Shown here: positions 1 through 8,351 of the stretch, piece by piece
Layout of the letters: each line of letters starts with the position of its first letter
Position numbering within the stretch: the stretch's first letter is position 1
Virus record (IMG/VR): IMGVR_UViG_2740892488_000007
Length of the DNA: 29,943 nucleotides
Reading direction: 5' to 3' (one strand)
DNA from: a virus
Taxonomy: Duplodnaviria; Heunggongvirae; Uroviricota; Caudoviricetes
The notes under the pieces: model-generated
Databases searched by the model: none
What the model saw: only the letters and a program-made list of their open reading frames with translations
Told to the model about the DNA's origin: nothing
Translations under genes and position numbers: made by a program

Positions 1-1011
1 TTATAACGTCACTCCGCCTTTTAGTGGATTCAGAGCGACGGCATTTTGCAGATAGTCAGGCGCAAGGTGCGCATAGGCCATCGTCTGCTGAATGCTCGCA
101 TGTCCCAGAATCTGTTGCAGTGCGATTATATTGCCCCCGTTCATCATGAAATGGCTTGCGAATGTATGCCGCAGGATGTGGGTTGCCTGATTGGGTGGTA
201 TATCAGGTTTCACTCTGCGTAAAATCCCGCAAAATTTCTCATAATCAACTTTGAATAATTTGGCGCTGGCCTCCTCTTTAACTTTTTTCTCCAGTTCCTC
301 AGAAATCGGCACGGTTCGCTTTTTACCGTTTTTGGTTTTCAGGAAGGTAACCCTGCAATTTGTAATCTGTGCTGGTTTTAGCGTGGCAACTTCCGTCCAT
401 CTTCCTCCAGTGCTCAGACATAAAAGCGCGACAAGTAAGTCATCACCAGCCAAAACATTTAACAGTTTTTCGATTTCTGCTTTTTCCAGGAACGTCATTT
501 CAGGGTTGGCCTCCGCCAGTGGCGGCAGTCCGTGAATTGGGTGTTGCCCGGAAAATTCATCCAATTGAATTAATTTTGTGAACATGCCGGATAATCTGTA
601 CATGTCACGGTTTATCGTTGCGGCACTGATACCATCACGTAGTCGCATGGAACGATAATCCATCAAAGCCCTTTTGCTCATCCTGCTCACTGGTATATCA
701 CCTATGCCGCTGATGGTTTTGAGTAGATGATTAAACTCTTTTGTTCCATGCTCGTGGTTTTGCCCGTGATATTTCCACCAGATGTCCAGCAACTCACTCA
801 AAGTCCGGCGGTCTGCTCGCTGGCCTCCCCATTCTTTCTGACTGGCATTGGCGATTGTGTATCGCTCAAATGCTAGTGCTTCAGCTTTTCTTTCGAATTT
901 CCTGCGGATGCGTTTTCCGTCGCGACCGCGAGGTCTAATGTCCACTTCATAGCGACCATCATCGAGCTTCTTAATTGCCATAAGAAAGCCCTCCGGCGCT
1001 GTATTCACCAT
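1..1011 (-). CDS. int: P2-type tyrosine integrase
   Basis: 336-aa ORF with ATG at 1009-1011 and stop at 1-3. C-terminal region has tyrosine-recombinase-like residues (HILRHTFASHF ... LGHASIQQTMAYAHL). First gene of the int-C-cox arrangement. Confidence 0.9.
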   Translation of the reverse strand: MVNTAPEGFLMAIKKLDDGRYEVDIRPRGRDGKRIRRKFERKAEALAFERYTIANASQKEWGGQRADRRTLSELLDIWWKYHGQNHEHGTKEFNHLLKTISGIGDIPVSRMSKRALMDYRSMRLRDGISAATINRDMYRLSGMFTKLIQLDEFSGQHPIHGLPPLAEANPEMTFLEKAEIEKLLNVLAGDDLLVALLCLSTGGRWTEVATLKPAQITNCRVTFLKTKNGKKRTVPISEELEKKVKEEASAKLFKVDYEKFCGILRRVKPDIPPNQATHILRHTFASHFMMNGGNIIALQQILGHASIQQTMAYAHLAPDYLQNAVALNPLKGGVTL

Positions 1012-1050
1012 CTTGGTAGCAAATGGTGAAAATGTAATCTTTATATAGAG

Positions 1051-1344
1051 TTAGCCAATCCTTTTCGTGGAGTGGTTGGACTCTGTTGACTCTGGCCCAA
1101 TGTGCGCGAGAGCCGGTGCGATTTGTCCTGCGTCCGGCGCGGTTTTATCTGTCATAAGCCATAGAGCATATTTTTGGAATGTGGGATGCATAGTGATTTT
1201 TAGCAAAGCTGTGCCACCGGGTTCAAAGTTTCCTCCTTCATATTTTTTAAGTGTGCTTAGCGGTAACTCTATGATTTCACAGAATTTTGATTGGCTTAGC
1301 CCTTCAGCCTCACGCAAGGCCTTAATCTTTTCGCTTAATTTCAT
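1051..1344 (-). CDS. C: immunity repressor, P2 C-like
   Basis: 97-aa ORF immediately upstream of int on the same strand and divergent from cox; size and position match the P2 C repressor. ATG at 1342-1344. Confidence 0.75.
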   Translation of the reverse strand: MKLSEKIKALREAEGLSQSKFCEIIELPLSTLKKYEGGNFEPGGTALLKITMHPTFQKYALWLMTDKTAPDAGQIAPALAHIGPESTESNHSTKRIG

Positions 1345-1465
1345 TTGACATGGTGCCTATATAGGGACTAAATTCCCTCAAAACTGGAACCTATATAGGT
1401 TCCATTGATTTGAGAATAAACCAGCGTCTAAACGGTTTTGAGTGGTTTAGAAAGGGCTGGATCCT
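1345..1465. promoter_or_regulatory. early switch region between C and cox with two palindromic operator-like sites
   Basis: Palindromic 10-mer CCTATATAGG at 1356-1365 and a perfect 18-bp palindrome GGAACCTATATAGGTTCC at 1386-1403, centres about 34 bp apart. TTGACA at 1345-1350 abuts the C start codon. Position corresponds to the face-to-face Pe/Pc region of P2-like phages. Confidence 0.55.
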
Positions 1466-1753
1466 ATGAGGGTACCATATATGGACGCTGAAAATTATGT
1501 GATTCAGTATCCGCTTGATGCGGTTCATGTGGATAAATTTGCTGATTTATTAGGGAAGCCAAAGACAGCCGTCAGTGAAATGGTGAAGGCAAATAAATTA
1601 CCAATTATTGAATTGCGTGATCCTTGCAAACCGAAGGCTCGTGCCGGTGAAAAATGGGTTTTCATTCCTGAGTTTAATCGCGCTGTACGTGAGGCGTTTT
1701 ATAACCGACCGGTTGAACAGCGTGATGCATGGCTTTTGTGGATGGGGTTGTGA
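1466..1753 (+). CDS. cox: Cox-like excisionase / early regulator
   Basis: Small ORF, first gene of the rightward early operon, divergent from C. ATG at 1466 (alternative ATG at 1481), GGG-rich RBS. Length near the 91 aa of P2 Cox. Confidence 0.7.
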   Translation: MRVPYMDAENYVIQYPLDAVHVDKFADLLGKPKTAVSEMVKANKLPIIELRDPCKPKARAGEKWVFIPEFNRAVREAFYNRPVEQRDAWLLWMGL

Positions 1754-1755
1754 TT

Positions 1756-1926
1756 ATGAATGAGCCGCGTTGTATTGCTCAGTTATTGCGTAACGAAAGC
1801 CCCAGGGCGATTGACTTCACCATCACCCACGGGAAGGGTCGCAAGGGAATCATTATCCGCACCAAAAAACAGAGTCCGTTAAAAAAGGCTCTGACCTTTC
1901 TGAAAAGCCGGAGGGTCTGGAAATGA
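1756..1926 (+). CDS. hypothetical early protein
   Basis: ATG at 1756 overlaps the cox stop region; its stop overlaps the B start (ATGA at 1923-1926). Basic small protein. Confidence 0.45.
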   Translation: MNEPRCIAQLLRNESPRAIDFTITHGKGRKGIIIRTKKQSPLKKALTFLKSRRVWK

Positions 1927-2423
1927 CAGTGATGACGCTCAATCTCGTCGAAAAACAGCCAGCAGCTATGCGCCGGATAATTGGTAAGCATCTTGCCGTC
2001 CCTCGTTGGCAGGATACATGTGATTATTATAATCAGATGATGGAGCGCGAACGGCTAACAGTTTGCTTTCATGCGCAGTTAAAACAACGTCACGCAACGA
2101 TGCGTTTTGAAGAAATGAACGACGTCGAACGTGAACGGCTGGTTTGTGCAATTGATGAATTGCGTGGGGCATTCTCAAAACGCCGTCAGGTTGGCGCAAG
2201 TGAGTATGCATATATTAGTTTTTTAACAGTCAGTCAGCGTCGTACTTTATTTATGCATGCCGGATTGACTGAAAAAGAATTCAACCAGCCATACTGGCGA
2301 ATTAATGAAGAATCATGTTACTGGCGTGATGCTTTATTCCGTGCATTACGTGAACTATTCAGTCTGTTTGAGTATGCACCGACAATTCTGACGTCGGTAA
2401 AACCAGAGCAATATTTGCATTAA
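1923..2423 (+). CDS. B: replication protein B (P2 gpB-like)
   Basis: 166-aa ORF, the same length as P2 B, at the syntenic position between cox and A. Confidence 0.75.
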   Translation: MTVMTLNLVEKQPAAMRRIIGKHLAVPRWQDTCDYYNQMMERERLTVCFHAQLKQRHATMRFEEMNDVERERLVCAIDELRGAFSKRRQVGASEYAYISFLTVSQRRTLFMHAGLTEKEFNQPYWRINEESCYWRDALFRALRELFSLFEYAPTILTSVKPEQYLH

Positions 2424-2486
2424 ATAATTAACCAGAGTTTTTAACGCACTTAATCGTGCGGGGCTTCTTTTTGCCTGGAGAAAGTC

Positions 2487-2711
2487 ATGCATACAGTTTC
2501 TGAAAATCAGTGCGGTAAATACGCATTACTGCTGCAACAGGCCAGAACCGAAGCACAGGCCGACGCTGCGACGCGCTTTTCTTCTCATCTTGACGCCATG
2601 ATTCGCCATATCACAAAGGCGGAGTTATCCCGCGTGGAGATAGTCGAGCTGCTCAGTCAGGAGTCGGAAAAATTTCACAATATCGGATTGTCTCGCGGGG
2701 AGGTGCTTTGA
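2487..2711 (+). CDS. hypothetical early protein
   Basis: 74-aa ORF with GGAG RBS at 2477-2480 and ATG at 2487; in the B-A interval where P2 carries small unnamed ORFs. Confidence 0.5.
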   Translation: MHTVSENQCGKYALLLQQARTEAQADAATRFSSHLDAMIRHITKAELSRVEIVELLSQESEKFHNIGLSRGEVL

Positions 2712-3010
2712 TGTCCTGTTCTCATTCAGTTGTATTACTGAATAACGCCTTAAAAATCGCCGTTATGAAAAATGGCGATTTGTCTCTTATTCAACTTTGT
2801 CTTGATAAAGAAAAACGCGACATCACTGAATCTGTTATCGCGATTTATCAGAATGAATTAAACCTCCTGTCTGATGTGGTCAATTTACTTGTTAAACGCG
2901 CTGTATTCCACAAGCAAATTTCCTCCGTGGATGAACTGACAAAATTAACGACAGAACTTGCCAGTTATTGCGCTGATGTATCCAGGAAACTTAACGATAA
3001 AAGGAGCTGA
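2711..3010 (+). CDS. hypothetical early protein
   Basis: ATG at 2711 preceded by GGAGG at 2699-2703 (the track start at 2708 is TTG). About 99 aa. Confidence 0.5.
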   Translation: MSCSHSVVLLNNALKIAVMKNGDLSLIQLCLDKEKRDITESVIAIYQNELNLLSDVVNLLVKRAVFHKQISSVDELTKLTTELASYCADVSRKLNDKRS

Positions 3011-3012
3011 TA

Positions 3013-3237
3013 ATGCCGGACAACGTAGATTTTATTCAGGAACAACAGACTGAATTACTGGAGCGCCAGATTAACGCGGCAAGGGTAAAACATTGCGGTG
3101 CTTCTGCGCTGGTTTGCGAAGAGTGTGACGCGCCAATACCTGCTGCCCGTCGTGCGGCTTATCCGTCAGCCACGCGTTGTGTTTCCTGTCAGTCAGTCTT
3201 TGAAGCAAAAAACAAACATTACCGGAGAACGGCATGA
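3013..3237 (+). CDS. TraR/DksA-family C4 zinc-finger protein
   Basis: 74-aa ORF with AAGGAG RBS at 3001-3006. Four-cysteine motif CEECDAP...(17 aa)...CVSCQ is typical of TraR/DksA-type zinc fingers found in P2-like early operons. Confidence 0.7.
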   Translation: MPDNVDFIQEQQTELLERQINAARVKHCGASALVCEECDAPIPAARRAAYPSATRCVSCQSVFEAKNKHYRRTA

Positions 3238-3509
3238 GTATTCGTATTGAAATTGGCGAACGTTATGTCGTTACCAGTGACAGCTTTCAGTTTATTCTCC
3301 ACGAGAAAAAGAGAGCGGAAAGCGGTAAAAACGCCGGTCAGGAATGGCTGTCGGTGGTTGGTTATTACCCGAAATTAAGCCAGCTCGTTTCCGGCCTGAT
3401 GCATCACGATATTCTGACCGGAAGCGCAAAGTCTTTTGCTGATTTAAACGTGCAGGTTGAGCAACTCAGCAAGCGTTGTTCAGAGGCTTTTGGCTCATAT
3501 GGCCGTTAA
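3234..3509 (+). CDS. hypothetical early protein
   Basis: 91-aa ORF, ATG at 3234 with GGAG upstream; its 3' end overlaps the start of A. Confidence 0.5.
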   Translation: MSIRIEIGERYVVTSDSFQFILHEKKRAESGKNAGQEWLSVVGYYPKLSQLVSGLMHHDILTGSAKSFADLNVQVEQLSKRCSEAFGSYGR

Positions 3510-5775
3510 AGCCTCCGGGCGTTTTGTCCCTCCGTCAGCATTTGCCGCAGGCACCGGTAAGGCGTTTACCGGTGCTTATGCATGGAACGCGCCACGCGAG
3601 GCTGTCGGGCGCGAAAGACCCCTTACACGTGACGAGATGCGTCAGGTGCAAGGGGTTTTATCCACGATTAACCGCCTGCCTTACTTTTTGCGCTCGCTGT
3701 TTACTTCACGCTATGACTACATCCGGCGCAATAAAAGCCCGGTGCACGGGTTTTATTTTCTCACATCCACTTTTCAGCGTCGTTTATGGCCGCGCATTGA
3801 GCGTGTGAATCAGCGCCATGAAATGAACACCGACGCGTCGTTGCTGTTTCTGGCAGAGCGTGGCCATTATGCGCGTCTGCCGGGGATGAATGACAAGGAG
3901 CTGAAAAAGTTTGCCGCCCGTATCTCATCGCAGCTTTTCATGATGTATGAGGAACTCTGCGATGCCTGGGTGGATGCGCATGGCGAAAAAGAATCGCTGT
4001 TTACGGATGAGGCGCAGGCTCACCTCTATGGTCATGTTGCTGGTGCTGCACGTGCTTTCAATATTTCCCCTCTCTACTGGAAAAAATACCGTAAAGGGCA
4101 GATGACCACGAGGCAGGCATATTCTGCCATTGCCCGTCTGTTTAACGATGAGTGGTGGACCCATCAGCTTAAAGGCCAGCGTATGCGCTGGCATGAGGCG
4201 TTACTGATTGCTGTCGGGGAGGTCAATAAAGACCGTTCTCCTTATGCCAGTAAACATGCCATTCGTGATGTGCGTGCACGCCGCCAGGCAAATCTGGAAT
4301 TTCTTAAATCGTGTGATCTCGAAAACAGGGAAACCGGCGAGCGCATCGACCTTATCAGTAAGGTGATGGGCAGTATTTCTAATCCTGAAATTCGCCGGAT
4401 GGAGCTGATGAACACCATTGCCGGTATTGAGCGTTACGCCGCAGCAGAGGGTGATGTGGGGATGTTTATCACGCTGACCGCGCCGTCAAAGTATCACCCG
4501 ACACGTCAGGTCAGAAAAGGCGAAAGTAAAACCGTCCAGCTAAATCACGGCTGGAACGATGAGGCATTTAATCCAAAGGATGCGCAGCGTTATCTCTGCC
4601 GTATCTGGAGCCTGATGCGCACGGCATTCAAGGATAATGATTTACAGGTCTACGGTTTGCGTGTCGTCGAGCCACACCACGACGGAACGCCGCACTGGCA
4701 TATGATGCTTTTTTGTAATCCGCGCCAGCGTAACCAGATTATCGAAATCATGCGTCGCTATGCGCTCAAAGAGGATGGCGACGAAAGAGGAGCCGCGCGA
4801 AACCGTTTTCAGGCAAAACACCTTAACCGGGGCGGTGCTGCGGGGTATATCGCGAAATACATCTCAAAAAACATCGACGGCTATGCACTGGATGGTCAGC
4901 TCGATAACGATACCGGCAGGCCGCTGAAAGACACTGCTGCGGCTGTTACCGCATGGGCGTCAACGTGGCGCATCCCGCAATTTAAAACGGTTGGTCTGCC
5001 GACAATGGGGGCTTACCGTGAACTACGCAAATTGCCGCGCGGCGTCAGCATTGCTGATGAGTTTGACGAGCGCGTCGAGGCTGCACGCGCCGCCGCAGAC
5101 AGTGGTGATTTTGCGTTGTATATCAGCGCGCAGGGTGGGGCAAATGTCCCGCGCGATTGTCAGACTGTCAGGGTCGCCCGTAGCCCGTCGGATGACGTTA
5201 ACGAGTACGAGGAAGAGGTCGAGAGGGTGGTCGGCATTTACGCGCCGCATCTCGGCGCGCGTCATATTCATATCACCAGAACGACGGACTGGCGCATTGT
5301 GCCGAAAGTTCCGGTCGTTGAGCCTTTGACTTTAAAAAGCGGCATCGCCGCGCCTCGGAGTCCTGTCAATAACTGTGGAAAGCTCACCGGTGGTGATACT
5401 TCGTTACCGGCTCCCACACCTTCTGAGCACGCCGCAGCAGTGCTTAATCTGGTTGATGACGATGTTATCGAATGGAATGACCCGGAGGTCGTGAGGGCGC
5501 TCAGGGGCGCATTAAAACACGACCGGAGAACGCCAAACCGTCAGCAAAGAAACGGAAGCCCGTTAAAACCGCATGAAATTGCACCATCGGCCAGACTGAC
5601 CCGGTCGGAACGATTGCAAATTACCCGTATCCGCGTTGATCTCGCTCAGAACGGTATCAGGCCGCAACGATGGGAGCTTGAGGCGCTGGCGCGTGGCGCG
5701 ACCGTAAATTATGACGGGAAACCTTTCACTTATCAGGTCGCTGATGATTGGCCGGGATTTTTGTTACCCATTTGA
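3499..5775 (+). CDS. A: rolling-circle replication initiator (P2 gpA-like)
   Basis: Long ORF (758 aa from ATG at 3499; the track ORF opens at 3457). HUH-type motif PHWHMMLF and tyrosine pair GYIAKYISK. Length near the 761 aa of P2 A. Confidence 0.9.
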   Translation: MAVKASGRFVPPSAFAAGTGKAFTGAYAWNAPREAVGRERPLTRDEMRQVQGVLSTINRLPYFLRSLFTSRYDYIRRNKSPVHGFYFLTSTFQRRLWPRIERVNQRHEMNTDASLLFLAERGHYARLPGMNDKELKKFAARISSQLFMMYEELCDAWVDAHGEKESLFTDEAQAHLYGHVAGAARAFNISPLYWKKYRKGQMTTRQAYSAIARLFNDEWWTHQLKGQRMRWHEALLIAVGEVNKDRSPYASKHAIRDVRARRQANLEFLKSCDLENRETGERIDLISKVMGSISNPEIRRMELMNTIAGIERYAAAEGDVGMFITLTAPSKYHPTRQVRKGESKTVQLNHGWNDEAFNPKDAQRYLCRIWSLMRTAFKDNDLQVYGLRVVEPHHDGTPHWHMMLFCNPRQRNQIIEIMRRYALKEDGDERGAARNRFQAKHLNRGGAAGYIAKYISKNIDGYALDGQLDNDTGRPLKDTAAAVTAWASTWRIPQFKTVGLPTMGAYRELRKLPRGVSIADEFDERVEAARAAADSGDFALYISAQGGANVPRDCQTVRVARSPSDDVNEYEEEVERVVGIYAPHLGARHIHITRTTDWRIVPKVPVVEPLTLKSGIAAPRSPVNNCGKLTGGDTSLPAPTPSEHAAAVLNLVDDDVIEWNDPEVVRALRGALKHDRRTPNRQQRNGSPLKPHEIAPSARLTRSERLQITRIRVDLAQNGIRPQRWELEALARGATVNYDGKPFTYQVADDWPGFLLPI

Positions 5776-6035
5776 GTAAAAATACAGCGTGATTTTATAT
5801 GTCTTTGAATGGATTATGCGAAGCACCTCTAAGGTAGATGAGGAGCAATAGCGTGTTGAATCAGAAGGCTAAATTGTATTGAATCGTTAGCATGTAATTG
5901 AAGGCAGCTATTTGATTCGAGTCATAAAAGAGCATCTATTTCGGTTAATAAAACCATTGCGAGTGACTTTATGTCGAAGCATAATTCATCTCGAGCGAAG
6001 TCTTGCTAGTCTTTCATCGGATTGATGACGGGCGC

Positions 6036-6067
6036 AAAAAAAACCACCCTGGCAGGTGGTTTTTTTT
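6036..6067. terminator. bidirectional rho-independent terminator
   Basis: A8 (6036-6043), stem CCACC (6044-6048), loop CTGGCA, stem GGTGG (6055-6059), T8 (6060-6067). Works in both orientations; lies after gene A on + and 12 nt after the stop of the 37-aa ORF on -. Confidence 0.65.
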
Positions 6068-6079
6068 GTTTGAAGCATA

Positions 6080-6193
6080 CTAAAGAAAAATACTTACATG
6101 GATATTACTGACGTTTACTGACAAACCACTCGGACTACCATATGGATAGCCAAAGAGGGCCAGAACGAGAATGCAGTAATAGCACTTCTTCAT
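6080..6193 (-). CDS. 37-aa hydrophobic small protein (type I toxin-like peptide)
   Basis: ATG at 6193-6191 preceded by a perfect AGGAGG (reverse complement of 6197-6202), TAG stop at 6082-6080. Translation MKKCYYCILVLALFGYPYGSPSGLSVNVSNIHVSIFL: Lys-Lys N-terminus followed by a hydrophobic stretch. Terminator follows immediately. Too short to appear in the ORF track. Confidence 0.5.
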   Translation of the reverse strand: MKKCYYCILVLALFGYPYGSPSGLSVNVSNIHVSIFL

Positions 6194-6848
6194 ATCGCCT
6201 CCTGTAAGCAGAGGGCAATTTCCGCCGATATATGCGCTTCTAAGGCGGAGTGACTATTGAGCGAAGTCTTGCCCTGAAATAATGCTCTGTTTAAACGCAA
6301 AGTGATCTGGCATATCACCGAACAGAGGACCTGAACAACACAACATATAGTATGTCGTTGTTTCTGGTTGCATTTTATGTTGTGTAATACTGGTTTTGCA
6401 TCAAGGATGTTTGAGCTTTTTTTGATATAGCTCAAAGTAAAAAGCAGAGACTACGGATGATAAGGTCTTGAAAGCAATGTAAATTTTTTAAAGTTGTGAG
6501 TGGCTAGAAATGCACAGTTTCAATATGGCGGATTTAAACAAGTAATTAAAAATAGCGACATAAATTCCAATAAAATCATTAAGTTGCGTTTTCTGTGGAA
6601 ACTTCGGTGACTCTGAAATTTTCTTTTAGTGTCGCTGAGGTTTAACAACGCGCTGCGCAAGTAGTTAGTGTTTTTTTAACTCAATATTCTGATTTATAAG
6701 GTTTTTTATAAATCGTGGACTGGTTGCGCGTATTCATCTCGTGTTATCAGCAAAGATAAGCTCTATATGCAGAACGGAATGCATATATGATGTCGAAAAT
6801 GTTATGGGAAAACGTGGATTAGTGTTATAGTAATGGCTGAAAAACAGC

Positions 6849-6877
6849 CTTGACATAAAATAACAACTGTGATATGG
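6849..6877 (+). promoter_or_regulatory. putative sigma70-like promoter for the ImmA-like gene
   Basis: Perfect -35 TTGACA at 6849-6854, 17-bp spacer, weak -10 TATGGC at 6872-6877; about 40 bp upstream of the AGGAGG RBS at 6905-6910. Confidence 0.3.
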
Positions 6878-6915
6878 CTGTGCATACTTAACTTTTTTTA
6901 ACGTAGGAGGCAACC

Positions 6916-7401
6916 ATGAGCTATGCAGCTAAAAAACTGCTTGACCGCTATTGGGATCGCCGACTACCTGTCGATCCGTTTAAGCTTGCTAAAGCGTGGG
7001 GTGCTCGTGTTGAAGCACTTGAGGAATCGGCTTATAACAACGATGGGTTAAGCGGTCTGGCTGTCATCAAAAAGGGTGTCCATAGGATTTATTTTGATTC
7101 TAGTGAACATTCTAATCGTCAACGTTTTACTGTTGCACACGAGTTAGGTCATCATGTGCTGGGGCATACCCAGGACGGAGAGTACCATCGGGATAATGTC
7201 GGGAATTATTCAACAGGTGCTCGTGATTACCGTGAGGTTGAAGCAAACAAGTTTGCTGCTGAGTTGTTAATGCCTGAGTCTGCTATACGTCAATTGGTAT
7301 CCAGAGAAGGTATTGATAGCACTTTGAGATTAGCAAGCATCTTTAATGTATCAGAAGCCGCTATGCATTGGCGCTTAAAGAGCTTAGGAATGGCTTATTA
7401 A
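6916..7401 (+). CDS. ImmA/IrrE-family (HEXXH) zinc metallopeptidase, standalone
   Basis: 161-aa ORF with AGGAGG RBS and ATG at 6916. HEXXH motif HELGHHVLGH and downstream EVEANKFAAELLMPE, the signature of ImmA/IrrE-type peptidases. No HTH domain in this ORF. Confidence 0.7.
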   Translation: MSYAAKKLLDRYWDRRLPVDPFKLAKAWGARVEALEESAYNNDGLSGLAVIKKGVHRIYFDSSEHSNRQRFTVAHELGHHVLGHTQDGEYHRDNVGNYSTGARDYREVEANKFAAELLMPESAIRQLVSREGIDSTLRLASIFNVSEAAMHWRLKSLGMAY

Positions 7402-7430
7402 TTAGCCTTTAACTTTTAACCTGTTTAAAA

Positions 7431-7467
7431 TCACCTTTACGTTTGTACATGTAAGGGTGATTTTTTT
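7431..7467 (+). terminator. terminator-like hairpin / attenuator directly upstream of the membrane-protein gene
   Basis: Stem TCACCTTTA (7431-7439) pairs with TAAGGGTGA (7452-7460), with one G-U wobble; 12-nt loop; then T7 (7461-7467) running straight into the ATG at 7468. The only SD-like sequence (AAGGGTGA) is inside the 3' arm of the stem. Confidence 0.5.
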
Positions 7468-8067
7468 ATGGCTGATATTGATTTATCTGGACAGTCCCCA
7501 GAGCAAGGAACCACTCCTAAGGGCGATTCAGATCCTGATATCCTTATAAGGCGAGATAGACGGGATGGTATAGAGCGTAGAAGTATGCGATTAGTGCTCT
7601 CTGCCGTTGTGCTTTGTTTTGCTTGTACATTTCTATGGCAGGGGCTTAACTTTGCTTTGGCTGTTGGAAATGGCTTGCTGGAAGCGAAAAGCAGTATTGC
7701 CGCAGCGATAACACAAAAAGTAGATACACAAACTTGTGTTTCAGCAGAAAAATGTTCTGCTTTATCTTCGGATCCGAAGATGGCTGATGAGAGGATAACA
7801 CCATCTTCAGACACTAATAAAGTTAGAAAATCTATTTCTGGTTTATCCACCGATTGGTTATCGGCCAGTTCTCTAATAGCTATTGTTGCATTCATCCTTG
7901 GTGTGGGTTTAACTTTGCTTTTGACTCTTCTTAAATCAGCATTTCAACACCCGACAGATAAAGACTTTAGAACAAAGTCGACATCTAATACTATTGAGTT
8001 GGCCACGCCAATCAGTGAATTAATAATTGGTGTTCTGAATATAATTAAAGACAAACTATCTAAGTAA
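7468..8067 (+). CDS. small membrane protein with two predicted transmembrane helices
   Basis: 199-aa ORF. Charged N-terminus, hydrophobic segment LVLSAVVLCFACTFLWQGLNFALAV, polar middle, second hydrophobic segment LIAIVAFILGVGLTLLLTLL. AT-rich codon usage unlike the phage backbone. The start may instead be the internal Met at 7585. Confidence 0.55.
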   Translation: MADIDLSGQSPEQGTTPKGDSDPDILIRRDRRDGIERRSMRLVLSAVVLCFACTFLWQGLNFALAVGNGLLEAKSSIAAAITQKVDTQTCVSAEKCSALSSDPKMADERITPSSDTNKVRKSISGLSTDWLSASSLIAIVAFILGVGLTLLLTLLKSAFQHPTDKDFRTKSTSNTIELATPISELIIGVLNIIKDKLSK

Positions 8068-8109
8068 AGCATTAGTTGTGATTTTTTATTGGTTTTAGTG
8101 ATAATACAT

Positions 8110-8142
8110 CTCCAGTACTTATTGTTACTGGAGAGTATTTTT
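8110..8142 (+). terminator. rho-independent terminator after the peptidase / membrane-protein pair
   Basis: Perfect 8-bp stem CTCCAGTA (8110-8117) / TACTGGAG (8126-8133), 8-nt loop, followed by AGTATTTTT. Confidence 0.5.
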
Positions 8143-8351
8143 AGTCGTTTTATATTTTTAATGTTAGTGAATGATATTCACGAGAGTTCACGTTCGATGT
8201 GATGTAATCGGGGGCGTTAACACCAAGAATCGCAACGAGTAATCGGCAAATTAAAGCCTGCATTTGTTGTAATATGTCATCTCCATATTGATAATTGTTA
8301 ATAGTGGTAAAGCCAAGTGGTTGACCATGAAACATAGCTTCATGAAAGTTT

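Noticed and set aside
6190-6435. 81-aa minus-strand ORF in the track, overlapping the leader of the 37-aa peptide gene
   Set aside because: Its first codon is TTG, there is no RBS, and the product is Cys-rich and low-complexity. More likely untranslated leader sequence; its TGA merely overlaps the ATG of the small ORF.
5776-6915. Retron-type ncRNA plus reverse transcriptase in the hotspot
   Set aside because: No reverse-transcriptase-sized ORF anywhere in the cargo region; the long non-coding stretch is left unexplained rather than called a retron.
7437-7895. 152-aa minus-strand ORF antisense to the 2-TM protein gene
   Set aside because: Entirely antisense to a gene with a better start context; no RBS; typical shadow ORF.
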